Assembly (NCBI GenBank): GCA_041446735.1
Contig: JBGOEP010000003.1
Span: forward strand, 2,117-66,116
DNA length: 64,000 nt
Origin: Candidatus Fervidibacter sp.
GTDB lineage: Bacteria; Armatimonadota; Fervidibacteria; Fervidibacterales; Fervidibacteraceae
Direction of reading: 5' to 3'
This document shows positions 38,186 through 46,634 of this stretch, piece by piece. The notes beneath the pieces were generated by a model that saw only the letters and a program-made list of their open reading frames with translations, ran no database searches and was not told the DNA's origin. How positions within the stretch are numbered: position 1 is the stretch's first letter; every line of letters starts with the position of its first letter. Both the position numbers and the translations under genes were made by a program.

Positions 38186-40021
38186 ATGCATCGGTGGTCA
38201 CTCATTGGGTTCAGTGTCGTCGTCGCTTTACTTGTCGGTTGCGGAGGTGGCAAAGCGCCGATCAAAGGCGGTGGAAATGGTGGCGGGACGGCAATCGCGC
38301 CAATGGGAAGTGTGCAAGGGCGCTTAGCCAACTCAGGGACGCGCCAAGCCTCCTTCAGCCGCTTCATCGCCCGCGTGCATGGGACGGAAGACAAGCAAAA
38401 ACTTGTCGTCCAAGTCAAAGCGGACGGGACTTTCCGCATTGACGGTGTGCCAGCAGGTTGGCAGACGCTGACGGTAGAAAACGCCCAAGGGCTTCAGGGC
38501 GCTGTCATCGTCGCCTTCGTTCGCCCCAACCAAGTAACGGATGTCGGCGAAATCGTCCCACAGCCGATGGGCAAAATCTCAGGCATTGTCGCCGAAGTGG
38601 ATGCCGACGGCAATCGGGTCAAACCTATCGCCCGTGCCCGCCTCATCGCCCATCCCGTTCAAACCGAGCAAGAGACACTGGGCGACCTTTCCGAGCGTCC
38701 CGCTTTCACGACTTTCAGCGACGACAACGGCAGTTATGAGTTGCTCGTTCCGCCCGGCGATTACCTTGTGGAAGCCCACCATCCCGATTATGAGCCTGCG
38801 GCTCAAACGGTGAGCGTGCAAGCCCTCAGCACCGTCGCTTTGAACTTCGGATTGCATCCTCGCCCGCTTCAAGTGGGCACGGTCGTCGGGACGGTCAAGG
38901 CACAGGTGAACGGGCAACTCATGGCGGTTGCGGGTGCCCTCGTCGGGCTCATCCCGAAAGAGCAACCCGTTCCCCAACCTCAACCTCCGCCCCCGCCTTT
39001 CCTGACCGTCGGCGAACTGATGAGCGCCATGCAGAAGGGCAAGATGCATCCCGATGTCCTTCCCCATCGCTGGCTCTTCACCTTCACCAAAGCCGATGGG
39101 ACTTTTGAGTTGACGGGCGTGCCCGCTGGCACTTACACCGCCATCGCTTTCAAACGCGGGTTGGGCGAAGACCGAAAGGACATCACTGTCCAAGCGAATG
39201 CGACGGTGACGGTGGATTTTGTCCTTCAGATGCCTGTCGGCATCGTCCAAGGGCAAGTGACCGATGCGGTGACAGGGCAACCGATTGCTGGCGCCGTCAT
39301 CGTCGCCGTCCGCAAGGGCGACCCCTGGTGGGACTGGGATGATTGGCGCGAAGCGGAAGGGCGGAAGAAACCCCACTGGGTTCGCCCCGAAGAGGACGAC
39401 CACGCCCACCCAGGCGCCCCGCCCAATTTCGGTCACCTTCCCCCGACCATCCCGCCCATTCGGGACGGCACGATTACTGACGACAACGGGCATTACCAGT
39501 TGCTTTTGCCCCCCGGCAGTTACTTCATCGCTGCGTTCGCCCGCGGCTATCAAGCCCAGGCGCAGGAAGTGGACAACTTGCAAGCAGGGCAGACCGTGAC
39601 CGTCAACTTTGCCCTCACCCCCGCTTCCGCTCCCCCACCGACCGATTTGGGACATCTTTCGCTGCGATTGCAGGTAGAACCTCAAGTGCGCGCAGGTGAG
39701 AAAGTCACGATGCGCCTGAAGGTGGAAAACAAAGGCAGCCAACCCGTGACCTTGACTTTCCCATCGGGACAGCGTTACGACTTCGTGGTGATGACGCTTG
39801 ACCGACAAATCGTCTGGGTTTGGTCGCACGGCAAGGTGTTCACTTTAGCCTTCGGAACCATCACCCTCTCGCCGGGGCAGGAACTGGAGTTTGAAGAGGA
39901 GTGGGCTCAGACCGACAACGACGGCAACCCCGTCCGACCTGGCACTTACTTTGTCAAGGGCATCTTGTCAACCCAACCGCCGAGGGAAACGGCATTGCAA
40001 AAGTTGGTCATCCTTCCGTAA
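38186..40021 (+). CDS. Lipoprotein with repeated carboxypeptidase-regulatory-like domains and a C-terminal BsuPI proteinase-inhibitor-like domain
   Basis: Lipobox LVGC; repeated G.V.G.V...P(I/V)AGA..TD.NG.Y units; LTFPSGQRYDFVV..VWVWS..F BsuPI-type motif. Confidence 0.8.
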   Translation: MHRWSLIGFSVVVALLVGCGGGKAPIKGGGNGGGTAIAPMGSVQGRLANSGTRQASFSRFIARVHGTEDKQKLVVQVKADGTFRIDGVPAGWQTLTVENAQGLQGAVIVAFVRPNQVTDVGEIVPQPMGKISGIVAEVDADGNRVKPIARARLIAHPVQTEQETLGDLSERPAFTTFSDDNGSYELLVPPGDYLVEAHHPDYEPAAQTVSVQALSTVALNFGLHPRPLQVGTVVGTVKAQVNGQLMAVAGALVGLIPKEQPVPQPQPPPPPFLTVGELMSAMQKGKMHPDVLPHRWLFTFTKADGTFELTGVPAGTYTAIAFKRGLGEDRKDITVQANATVTVDFVLQMPVGIVQGQVTDAVTGQPIAGAVIVAVRKGDPWWDWDDWREAEGRKKPHWVRPEEDDHAHPGAPPNFGHLPPTIPPIRDGTITDDNGHYQLLLPPGSYFIAAFARGYQAQAQEVDNLQAGQTVTVNFALTPASAPPPTDLGHLSLRLQVEPQVRAGEKVTMRLKVENKGSQPVTLTFPSGQRYDFVVMTLDRQIVWVWSHGKVFTLAFGTITLSPGQELEFEEEWAQTDNDGNPVRPGTYFVKGILSTQPPRETALQKLVILP

Positions 40022-40028
40022 AGCGAAC

Positions 40029-40052
40029 GGGGCGGCGCCGCAGCGCCGCCCC
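40029..40052. terminator. GC-rich hairpin between convergent transcription units
   Basis: Perfect 10-bp stem GGGGCGGCGC-CGCA-GCGCCGCCCC with no clear U-tract. Confidence 0.4.
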
Positions 40053-40058
40053 ATTCCT

Positions 40059-40246
40059 CACAAACTCTGCCACCTGCGTGTCGGCGAAATCCAAGACGAC
40101 GAGGCAGTAACGGTCGTGACAAAAGCGGCGATGGTAAAAGCCCCAAAACGGCAGCGAATAGCGATTGGCAAATGGCGACTGGTTAAACGGCAGCGAATGG
40201 CGAGTGGCGAATGATTTGGCGGGATGTTTTGGTCTGACACGATTAT
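40059..40246 (-). pseudogene. Truncated, frameshifted second copy of the DUF5615 PIN-like toxin
   Basis: 40059-40143 matches 40680-40764 (85 bp, 3 mismatches); the N-terminal remnant IIVSDQNIP resembles MIILDEQIP; the middle is replaced by heptamer repeats. Confidence 0.75.
40144..40212. repeat. AAACGGCA-GCGAnnG heptamer array
   Basis: AAAACGGCA GCGAATA GCGATTG GCAAATG GCGACTG GTTAAACGGCA GCGAATG GCGAGTG GCGAATG; same family as 18450-18720. Confidence 0.85.
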
Positions 40247-40509
40247 CGGGCACTCCCGACCTTTGTCACCGCCACTCGCCGTCGGTTGACCTGTCGCATT
40301 AGTGCGTCCTTTGCTAACTTCACCGCTTCAGCGATATGTTCGTGGGTCAGATAGCCGTCAAAGTTGCGGCAGATTTCGTCCCAACTCATGCCCCTTGCCA
40401 CCATGTCCAAGACGACGGAGACGAGGATGCGGGTGCCCTTGAAAGTCAGCGCCCCATGACAAACCTTCGGGTCGCTGACGATGTATCGCCCATACTCTCG
40501 CCGCTTCAT
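40243..40509 (-). CDS. DUF433 family antitoxin (copy A)
   Basis: IVSDPKVCHGALTFKGTRILV..I.EAV; AAGAAGGTGA RBS before MKRREYG. Confidence 0.85.
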   Translation of the reverse strand: MKRREYGRYIVSDPKVCHGALTFKGTRILVSVVLDMVARGMSWDEICRNFDGYLTHEHIAEAVKLAKDALMRQVNRRRVAVTKVGSAR

Positions 40510-40547
40510 CGCAGTCACCTTCTTGCGCTTTGAGATGCTTCGTGCCA

Positions 40548-40937
40548 TCATAGCCATGCTGCCTTTAACTCTTTTGGCATTCCTTTCGCCCACCAACGAA
40601 TCCCTTCTGTTGTCAGCAACACCACTTTTCCCATTCGCTTTGCCTTTGTCCGAAACAAAGGGTGACGCAGAAACTTCCGCACAAACTCTGCCACCTGCGT
40701 GTCGGCGACATCTAAAACGACGAGGCAGTAACGGTCGTGACAAAAGCGGCGATGGTAAAAGCCCAAGTCCAAAGTGAAAAAGGTCGGTTGGCGCAAGGAA
40801 TGCAGCAACGGCAAAACTTGCCCCACATCGTCCATCCCTGCGTGCCCGATATCCCAACCGATTTGCCAAACATGAAACCCCCAATCCAGCAACCTCCGCC
40901 GCTGCGAGTCAGGGATTTGCTCGTCCAAAATGATCAC
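40548..40937 (-). CDS. DUF5615 PIN-like toxin
   Basis: MIILDEQIP, GMDD, FFTLDLGF; start overlaps the stop of DUF433 copy B. Confidence 0.8.
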   Translation of the reverse strand: MIILDEQIPDSQRRRLLDWGFHVWQIGWDIGHAGMDDVGQVLPLLHSLRQPTFFTLDLGFYHRRFCHDRYCLVVLDVADTQVAEFVRKFLRHPLFRTKAKRMGKVVLLTTEGIRWWAKGMPKELKAAWL

Positions 40938-41194
40938 GCCATCAACGCTCCCGTCTTTGCCCGCTTTCGGTTGACTTGCTGCATCAGGGCATCTTTCGCC
41001 AACTTCACTGCTTCGGCGATGTGCTCTTTGCTGATGTGGTTATGAAACTCGCGGCAGATTTCGTCCCAACTCATGCCCCTTGCCACCATGTCCAAGACGA
41101 CGGAGACGAGGATGCGGGTGCCCTTAAAAGTCAGCGCTCCATGACAAACCTTCGGGTCGCTGACGATATAGCGCCCATACTCCCGGCGCTTCAT
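40934..41194 (-). CDS. DUF433 family antitoxin (copy B)
   Basis: Same motifs as copy A; AAGGAGGTGA RBS. Confidence 0.85.
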   Translation of the reverse strand: MKRREYGRYIVSDPKVCHGALTFKGTRILVSVVLDMVARGMSWDEICREFHNHISKEHIAEAVKLAKDALMQQVNRKRAKTGALMA

Positions 41195-41217
41195 CACGGT
41201 CACCTCCTTGCGTGCCA

Positions 41218-42822
41218 TCATGCTAACAAAGCGACGCCGCCACCTGCTGGGTCGGAAGCGCCGACCCATCGGCGTCCTTGTCGCATCGCCACCTGCACCA
41301 ACGCAACGCCGCCATAACTTTGCGGGAACTTGACGCACGGTTGCCCCTTCCGTTGCACTTCGTCCAGCACCCACGAGGGGATGCGGGCTTGACACTCAAT
41401 GGCATGGACTTGCGCATCAAAGCGGGGCGCAGAGACAGCCTCCGTCGGTGACATCTGAAAGTCCACGATGTTCAGCAACACTTGCACGATGCCGCTGACG
41501 ATGCGAGCACCGCCCGGTGCGCCCAGCACCAACATCGGTTCGCCATCGCGGAACACGATGGTCGGTGCCATCCCTGAAAGGCGCGCTTTACCTGGAGCGA
41601 TGGAGTTGGGGTTGCCGGGCAAGGGATGAAAGCCCACCATCGCATTGTTGAGCATGAAACCCGTCCCGCGCGGGATGATGCCTGACGATGAGCCCAGCGT
41701 GTGCGTCAAGGCGACGATGTTGCCGTCGCTATCCACGACGGTGAGATGCGTCGTGCCGTGCGGCTCGGCAATCAGGCGCGGCACTGTCAGCACTTCGCCC
41801 TGTTCAAGGCGTGCCCGCCACGCCGACAAATGCCTGTCGGAAAGCAATTCGTCAACGGGCACGGGCACAAACTCTGGGTCGCCCAAGTGGTTCACTTTAT
41901 CGGTGAAAGCAGCCTTGAGGGCTTGAGCGACGACGAACAAGTAATCGGGCGAGTTGTGCCCCAACTTCGTCAGGTCAAACCCTTCCAGCAACCGAAGGAT
42001 TTGCAAAACGGTCAAGCCTCCCGCAGGCAGCGGGGCGGAAACGACTTCATAGCCCCGATAAGTTGCCCGAAGGGGTTCATGCCAACGGACGCGGTAGCGC
42101 CCCAAGTCTTGGCGGGTGAAATGACCGCCCCGTTCCTCCACTTCGGCGAGGATGGCGGCAGCGATAGCGCCCCGATAAAACTCGTCAGGACCGTTTTCCG
42201 CCAGCGTTGTCAAGGTGCGTGCCAAATCGGGATTGCGCAACACTTCGCCTGCGTCGTAAGGGGCGCCGTTGGGTTTGAGGAAAAGGCGATGGGCTTCGGG
42301 CGACATTTGCAACCGTTGCAGTAAAGACGGGCGTTCAGGGAAACGCTCGCGCACTTTCCAACTGCGAGCCAGTTCGGCGCTGACGACGAATCCTTCCGAA
42401 GCGATGCGGATGGCAGGTTGCAAAACTTGCTGCCACGACCAAGTGCCGTAACGCTGGAGCAAGGCGTCCAACCCCGCAACTGTCCCCGGAACGCCGACGG
42501 AAGCGGGTCCGACATCGTTGACGGCATCCCGAAGGAAAAAGCCAAAACCGTCAGGGGCTTCCCGCAGCACCTTATCTGCCCACATATCGGGCGTCGCTTT
42601 ACTTCCTGCGCGGGCGTGGAAGGAAAGGCAATCCACGCGCTTTGCCTTAGCGTCGTAGATGAGGGCGACGCCGAACCCGCCGATGCCGCACATTTGCGGG
42701 TCAATGACGCCTTGCACCATCGCAGCGGCGACCGCCGCATCGGCGGCGTTGCCGCCTTGCCGCAAAACTTTGACGCCTTCTTCCACTGCCAACACTTGCG
42801 GGGCGACAACCAACCCTGCCAT
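41218..42822 (-). CDS. ggt: Gamma-glutamyltransferase (paralog 2, no signal peptide)
   Basis: GGNAADAAVA, CGIGG, VGVPG, catalytic GTTHLTVVD, PGKARLSGM, GAPGG, GASDP. Confidence 0.92.
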   Translation of the reverse strand: MAGLVVAPQVLAVEEGVKVLRQGGNAADAAVAAAMVQGVIDPQMCGIGGFGVALIYDAKAKRVDCLSFHARAGSKATPDMWADKVLREAPDGFGFFLRDAVNDVGPASVGVPGTVAGLDALLQRYGTWSWQQVLQPAIRIASEGFVVSAELARSWKVRERFPERPSLLQRLQMSPEAHRLFLKPNGAPYDAGEVLRNPDLARTLTTLAENGPDEFYRGAIAAAILAEVEERGGHFTRQDLGRYRVRWHEPLRATYRGYEVVSAPLPAGGLTVLQILRLLEGFDLTKLGHNSPDYLFVVAQALKAAFTDKVNHLGDPEFVPVPVDELLSDRHLSAWRARLEQGEVLTVPRLIAEPHGTTHLTVVDSDGNIVALTHTLGSSSGIIPRGTGFMLNNAMVGFHPLPGNPNSIAPGKARLSGMAPTIVFRDGEPMLVLGAPGGARIVSGIVQVLLNIVDFQMSPTEAVSAPRFDAQVHAIECQARIPSWVLDEVQRKGQPCVKFPQSYGGVALVQVAMRQGRRWVGASDPAGGGVALLA

Positions 42823-42880
42823 GCCATCCCACTCCTTCCGTCGCTAAAGTTGAAGCCGCCGTTAAGTTTGTGACCGACGG

Positions 42881-43912
42881 ATGGTGGCTAACAGCCGTTC
42901 CAACAACCGTTGGCAAGGCGAGGTGACAAGGGTGCCGACCGCCGTCATCACCGATGCCGAGTTTGCCGACTTTTCGTGGGAGCAAAACTTTTTCGCCGAG
43001 CACGGCATCACGCTTGTCGTCGGCAATTGTCGGACGCCACAGGAAGCGGCAGCGTTAGCCGCCGACGCTGATGCCGTCATCACCAACCGCTGTCCTATCA
43101 ACCGAGAGGTCATCGCGCACTTGAACCGTTGCCGTATCATCGTCCGTTACGGGGTCGGCGTGGACAATGTGGACATCGCTGCCGCGACGGAAAAGGGCAT
43201 CATCGTGTGCAATGTGCCCGATTACAGCGTCAACGAAGTTGCCACCCACGCCGTCGCCTTGCTGCTTTGTTGCTGGCGGAAGGTGCATGTCGGCGACGCA
43301 GGGTTGAAGCGAGGCGAGTGGCAAAACTACCGAACTATCGCCCCTGTCCATCGGACAATCGGCAAAACGGTGGGGCTTTTCGGTTTCGGTCGCATCGCCC
43401 GTCGCGTCGCCGAGTTGCTTTACCCCTTTGGCTTCCGACCTATCGCCTTTGACCCTTATGTGCCCGACGAAGAGATGCTGTTGCACGGGACGGAGAAAGT
43501 GGAGTTTGCGGCTTTGCTGGAACGCAGCGACGCTATTTCTGTCCATGCGCCTTTGACCGACGAGACGCGGGGCATCTTCAATCGCGACGCTTTCGCCCGC
43601 ATGAAGCGGGGCATCGTTTTTGTCAACACGGCGCGGGGCGGTTTGGTGGACGAGGCGGCGTTGCTTTGGGCGTTGGACGAGGGCATCGTTGCAGCGGCAG
43701 GTTTGGATGTGTTCGTCAACGAGCCGCATCCCGACCCGCGCTTGGTGCGCCATCCGAAAGTCATCGCCACGCCCCATTGGGCTTGGTATTCCGAGGAAGC
43801 CCTTTGGGAGTTGCGGCGGAAAGTCGCCGAGCAAGTCGTCCAAGCCCTGAAAGGCGAGCGCCCCACTTACGCCCTGAACTTTGAGGCTGTCACGGCAAAA
43901 AAGAGCGAGTAG
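42881..43912 (+). CDS. D-isomer-specific 2-hydroxyacid dehydrogenase (CtBP/SerA-like)
   Basis: RYGVGVDNVD, GLFGFGRIA, HAPLT.ETR, NTARGG, AGLDV, TPH. The true start is probably a GTG near 42923-42932. Confidence 0.9.
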   Translation: MVANSRSNNRWQGEVTRVPTAVITDAEFADFSWEQNFFAEHGITLVVGNCRTPQEAAALAADADAVITNRCPINREVIAHLNRCRIIVRYGVGVDNVDIAAATEKGIIVCNVPDYSVNEVATHAVALLLCCWRKVHVGDAGLKRGEWQNYRTIAPVHRTIGKTVGLFGFGRIARRVAELLYPFGFRPIAFDPYVPDEEMLLHGTEKVEFAALLERSDAISVHAPLTDETRGIFNRDAFARMKRGIVFVNTARGGLVDEAALLWALDEGIVAAAGLDVFVNEPHPDPRLVRHPKVIATPHWAWYSEEALWELRRKVAEQVVQALKGERPTYALNFEAVTAKKSE

Positions 43913-43924
43913 CCATGTTGGAGT

Positions 43925-43992
43925 GGCTATCAGCCACGACAGGCTATCAGCCGCAGCAAGTTATCAGCCACGATGGGCTATCAACTGCAATG
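43925..43992. repeat. 17-bp tandem repeat x4 (GGCTATCAGCCACGACA consensus)
   Basis: GGCTATCAGCCACGACA / GGCTATCAGCCGCAGCA / AGTTATCAGCCACGATG / GGCTATCAACTGCAATG between convergent genes. Confidence 0.8.
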
Positions 43993-44008
43993 GACGAAGC
44001 CCGAAAGG

Positions 44009-45010
44009 TTAAGGTGTCTTTGAAAGGAGCGAGAGCAAGGTCGCCATGTCTTCAGGGATGGGTGCTTCCACCTGCAAGCGCTCGTTCGTGCGGGGGTGGT
44101 TAAAGGCGAGTCGCCAAGCGTGCAGAGCGAAGCCGTTCAATTGGGCGATGCGGTCGGCGAGGTCAAAGCGTTTTTGGTTGCGGGCAACCCGCAAGGCTTT
44201 CGCCCGCCCGTTGTAAGTTTCGTCGCCGACGACAGGCAAACCCAGATGCTGCAAGTGCACCCGAATTTGGTGGGTCCGCCCCGTGATGGGACGAACTTTG
44301 AGCAACGCAAAACCTTCAAAGCGCTGTCGCACCCAAAATTCCGTCACGGCATCAATGGCATGAGGCGATGGGCGGGTGGCGACGGTGAAGCGTTCAGGGT
44401 CGTCGGGATGGCGCATCAATGGCGCTGCAACGATGCGGTGTTCAAAGTCAGGCACGCCGACGACAAGGGCGAGGTAGCGCTTGTCCACTTGATGTTCGGC
44501 AAACTGACGCGCTAACCGCAAATGGGCGAAGTTCGTTTTGGCGATGACCATCGCCCCCGAAGTGCCTTTGTCCAACCGATGGACGATGCCCCGCCGTTGC
44601 GGTCCTGCGATGTCCGAAAGCGGGATGCCCAATGCCAGCAAGGCATGAACCAGCGTCCCACTCTTGACGCCCGCACCAGGGTGAACGACCATCCCGCGTG
44701 GCTTGTTGACGACCAGCAAGTCGTCGTCTTCATAGAGGATGGGCAAAGGGATGGGTTCAGGTCGCAAATCGGTCGGTTCGGGTTCGGGCAAATGCACCGT
44801 CACCTGTTCGTCGCCTTGCAGCAGAAAACTGGGTTTCGTCACCGTCACCCCATTGACCTGCACAGCACCGCAGCGGATGAGATGTTGACAGCGGGAGCGA
44901 GAGAGATGGGGCAAGTGGTGCGCCAAGAAAGCGTCCAATCGCATCCCTGCGATTCCGTGCAGTTCAACGAGTTCGCCCATCCCGATTTGCCCCCGTTCCG
45001 TCGGGCGCAT
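44009..45010 (-). CDS. rluD: RluA/RluD family pseudouridine synthase
   Basis: S4 domain (RLDAFLA..SRS), NKPRGMVVHP, HRLDKGTSG, TGRTHQIRVH, LHA. Confidence 0.9.
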   Translation of the reverse strand: MRPTERGQIGMGELVELHGIAGMRLDAFLAHHLPHLSRSRCQHLIRCGAVQVNGVTVTKPSFLLQGDEQVTVHLPEPEPTDLRPEPIPLPILYEDDDLLVVNKPRGMVVHPGAGVKSGTLVHALLALGIPLSDIAGPQRRGIVHRLDKGTSGAMVIAKTNFAHLRLARQFAEHQVDKRYLALVVGVPDFEHRIVAAPLMRHPDDPERFTVATRPSPHAIDAVTEFWVRQRFEGFALLKVRPITGRTHQIRVHLQHLGLPVVGDETYNGRAKALRVARNQKRFDLADRIAQLNGFALHAWRLAFNHPRTNERLQVEAPIPEDMATLLSLLSKTP

Positions 45011-45012
45011 CT

Positions 45013-46113
45013 TTAGGTGGCGGCGAGGGCTTCCTGCAAAGCGGCGAGGAAGCGTTCAACTTGTTCGGGCGTGCCGACATCCACTCGCAAATGAGTCGGC
45101 AACCCAAAGACATCGCAAGGGCGAACGATGATGCCCTTGCGCAACAACGCCTCAGCGACGGCACGGCATTCGCGCCCGACATCCATCAAAACGAAGTTGG
45201 CTTCCGTCGGCACATAACGGATGCCCAGTTGCTCCAAACCGCGATAGAGCAACCGCTTGCCCGTCCAGACGGTTTTGCGCACCCGCTCCAAAAACTCGCG
45301 GTCGTCCAACGCCGCTTCGGCAGCGGCGGCAGCAATGCTGCTGACATTGAAAGGCTCGCGCACTTTCAAGAGCAGTTGGGCGATTTCGGGAGGCGCAAAG
45401 CCGTAGCCGACGCGCAAACCTGCCAAGCCGTAGGCTTTGGAGAAAGTCCGCAGGACAACGACAGGTCGTCCATCCCGAACGAAGTCCAGCCCGTCGGGAT
45501 AGTCGGAGGCTTCCACGAACTCGGCGTAGGCTTCGTCCAACACCAACAAAACGCCGTCGGGCAATTCGTCCAACAATGCCCGCACCGCTCGCTCCCGCAA
45601 AATCGTTCCCGTCGGGTTGTTAGGGTTGTCAAGGAAGACGACCTTCGTTTTTGGGGTGATGGCGCTCAGCAAGGCGGCGATATCGTGGACGAAATCTTTC
45701 AGCGCCACCTTGACAGGCGTTGCGCCCATCAGGGTCGTGAGGATGCCATACATCACGAAGGACGGGTCGCTCATGACGGCTTCGTCGCCTTCGCCCAAAA
45801 AAGTTTGGGCGATGTGCAAAAGCAACTCGTCCGAACCCCGCCCCAGCAAAATCGTCTCCAATGGCATCTGGTAAACTTGCGCCAGTTTGTGCCGCAGGCG
45901 GTAGTAACTGTCGTCGGGGTAGCGATGGGCATCTTGCAACGCCCGCATCGCCGCTTCAAGGGCTTTGGGCGACGGACCGAGGGGATTTTCGTTGGACGCC
46001 AGTTTGATGACTTCCGTCAAACCCAACTCCCGCTGGACTTGCTCAATGGGTTTGCCGGGCACATAAGGTTTGAGGCGATGGATGGCAGGACGCGCCCTTG
46101 ATGCCCAATCCAT
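45013..46113 (-). CDS. hisC: Histidinol-phosphate aminotransferase
   Basis: YVPGKP, KLASNENP, GSDE, NPNNPTG, DEAY, RTFSKAYGLAGLRVGY. Start moved to 46113. Confidence 0.95.
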   Translation of the reverse strand: MDWASRARPAIHRLKPYVPGKPIEQVQRELGLTEVIKLASNENPLGPSPKALEAAMRALQDAHRYPDDSYYRLRHKLAQVYQMPLETILLGRGSDELLLHIAQTFLGEGDEAVMSDPSFVMYGILTTLMGATPVKVALKDFVHDIAALLSAITPKTKVVFLDNPNNPTGTILRERAVRALLDELPDGVLLVLDEAYAEFVEASDYPDGLDFVRDGRPVVVLRTFSKAYGLAGLRVGYGFAPPEIAQLLLKVREPFNVSSIAAAAAEAALDDREFLERVRKTVWTGKRLLYRGLEQLGIRYVPTEANFVLMDVGRECRAVAEALLRKGIIVRPCDVFGLPTHLRVDVGTPEQVERFLAALQEALAAT

Positions 46114-46221
46114 TCTCCGTCCGCTCCTTTCCGTCTCAATGAGTGGCGTCCCCATTTTGCCACCGCATTGCCTTGAGAGGCGTGGCATAATCAAGGCGAC
46201 CCACGCAAGGAGGGATGGACG

Positions 46222-46608
46222 ATGGCTGAAGTGACCGTCATGCCCGTGACCTTGACGGAGAAGGCAGCCGAAATCGTCAAGGCGATTTTGGAGAAGAAGC
46301 AGAAGCCCAACGCTGCCTTGCGCCTGTTCATCATGCAGGGCGGATGTTGCGGTTTCCAGTATGGCTTGGGCATCACCGAGAAAATCAACGACGACGACGC
46401 CATCTTTGAGTCGCACGGCGTGCGCATCGTCGTGGACCCGCTAAGCCTGCAATTTGTGCAAGGGTCGGTCATTGACTACGAGGACGATGACTTGATGGGC
46501 GGCGGGTTCCGCGTGGACAACCCCAACGCTGTCGCTGAGTGCGAATGCGGTCATTCCTTCAAAGCGCCCGGCGCCCCTGAGGGCAAGCCGTGCTGCGGGA
46601 TGCGTTAG
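46222..46608 (+). CDS. HesB/IscA/ErpA iron-sulfur cluster assembly protein
   Basis: GGCCGFQY, GF..NPNA..CECGHSF. Confidence 0.9.
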   Translation: MAEVTVMPVTLTEKAAEIVKAILEKKQKPNAALRLFIMQGGCCGFQYGLGITEKINDDDAIFESHGVRIVVDPLSLQFVQGSVIDYEDDDLMGGGFRVDNPNAVAECECGHSFKAPGAPEGKPCCGMR

Positions 46609-46634
46609 GCAGCGTTAAGCAGGTGGCGAAGGCG

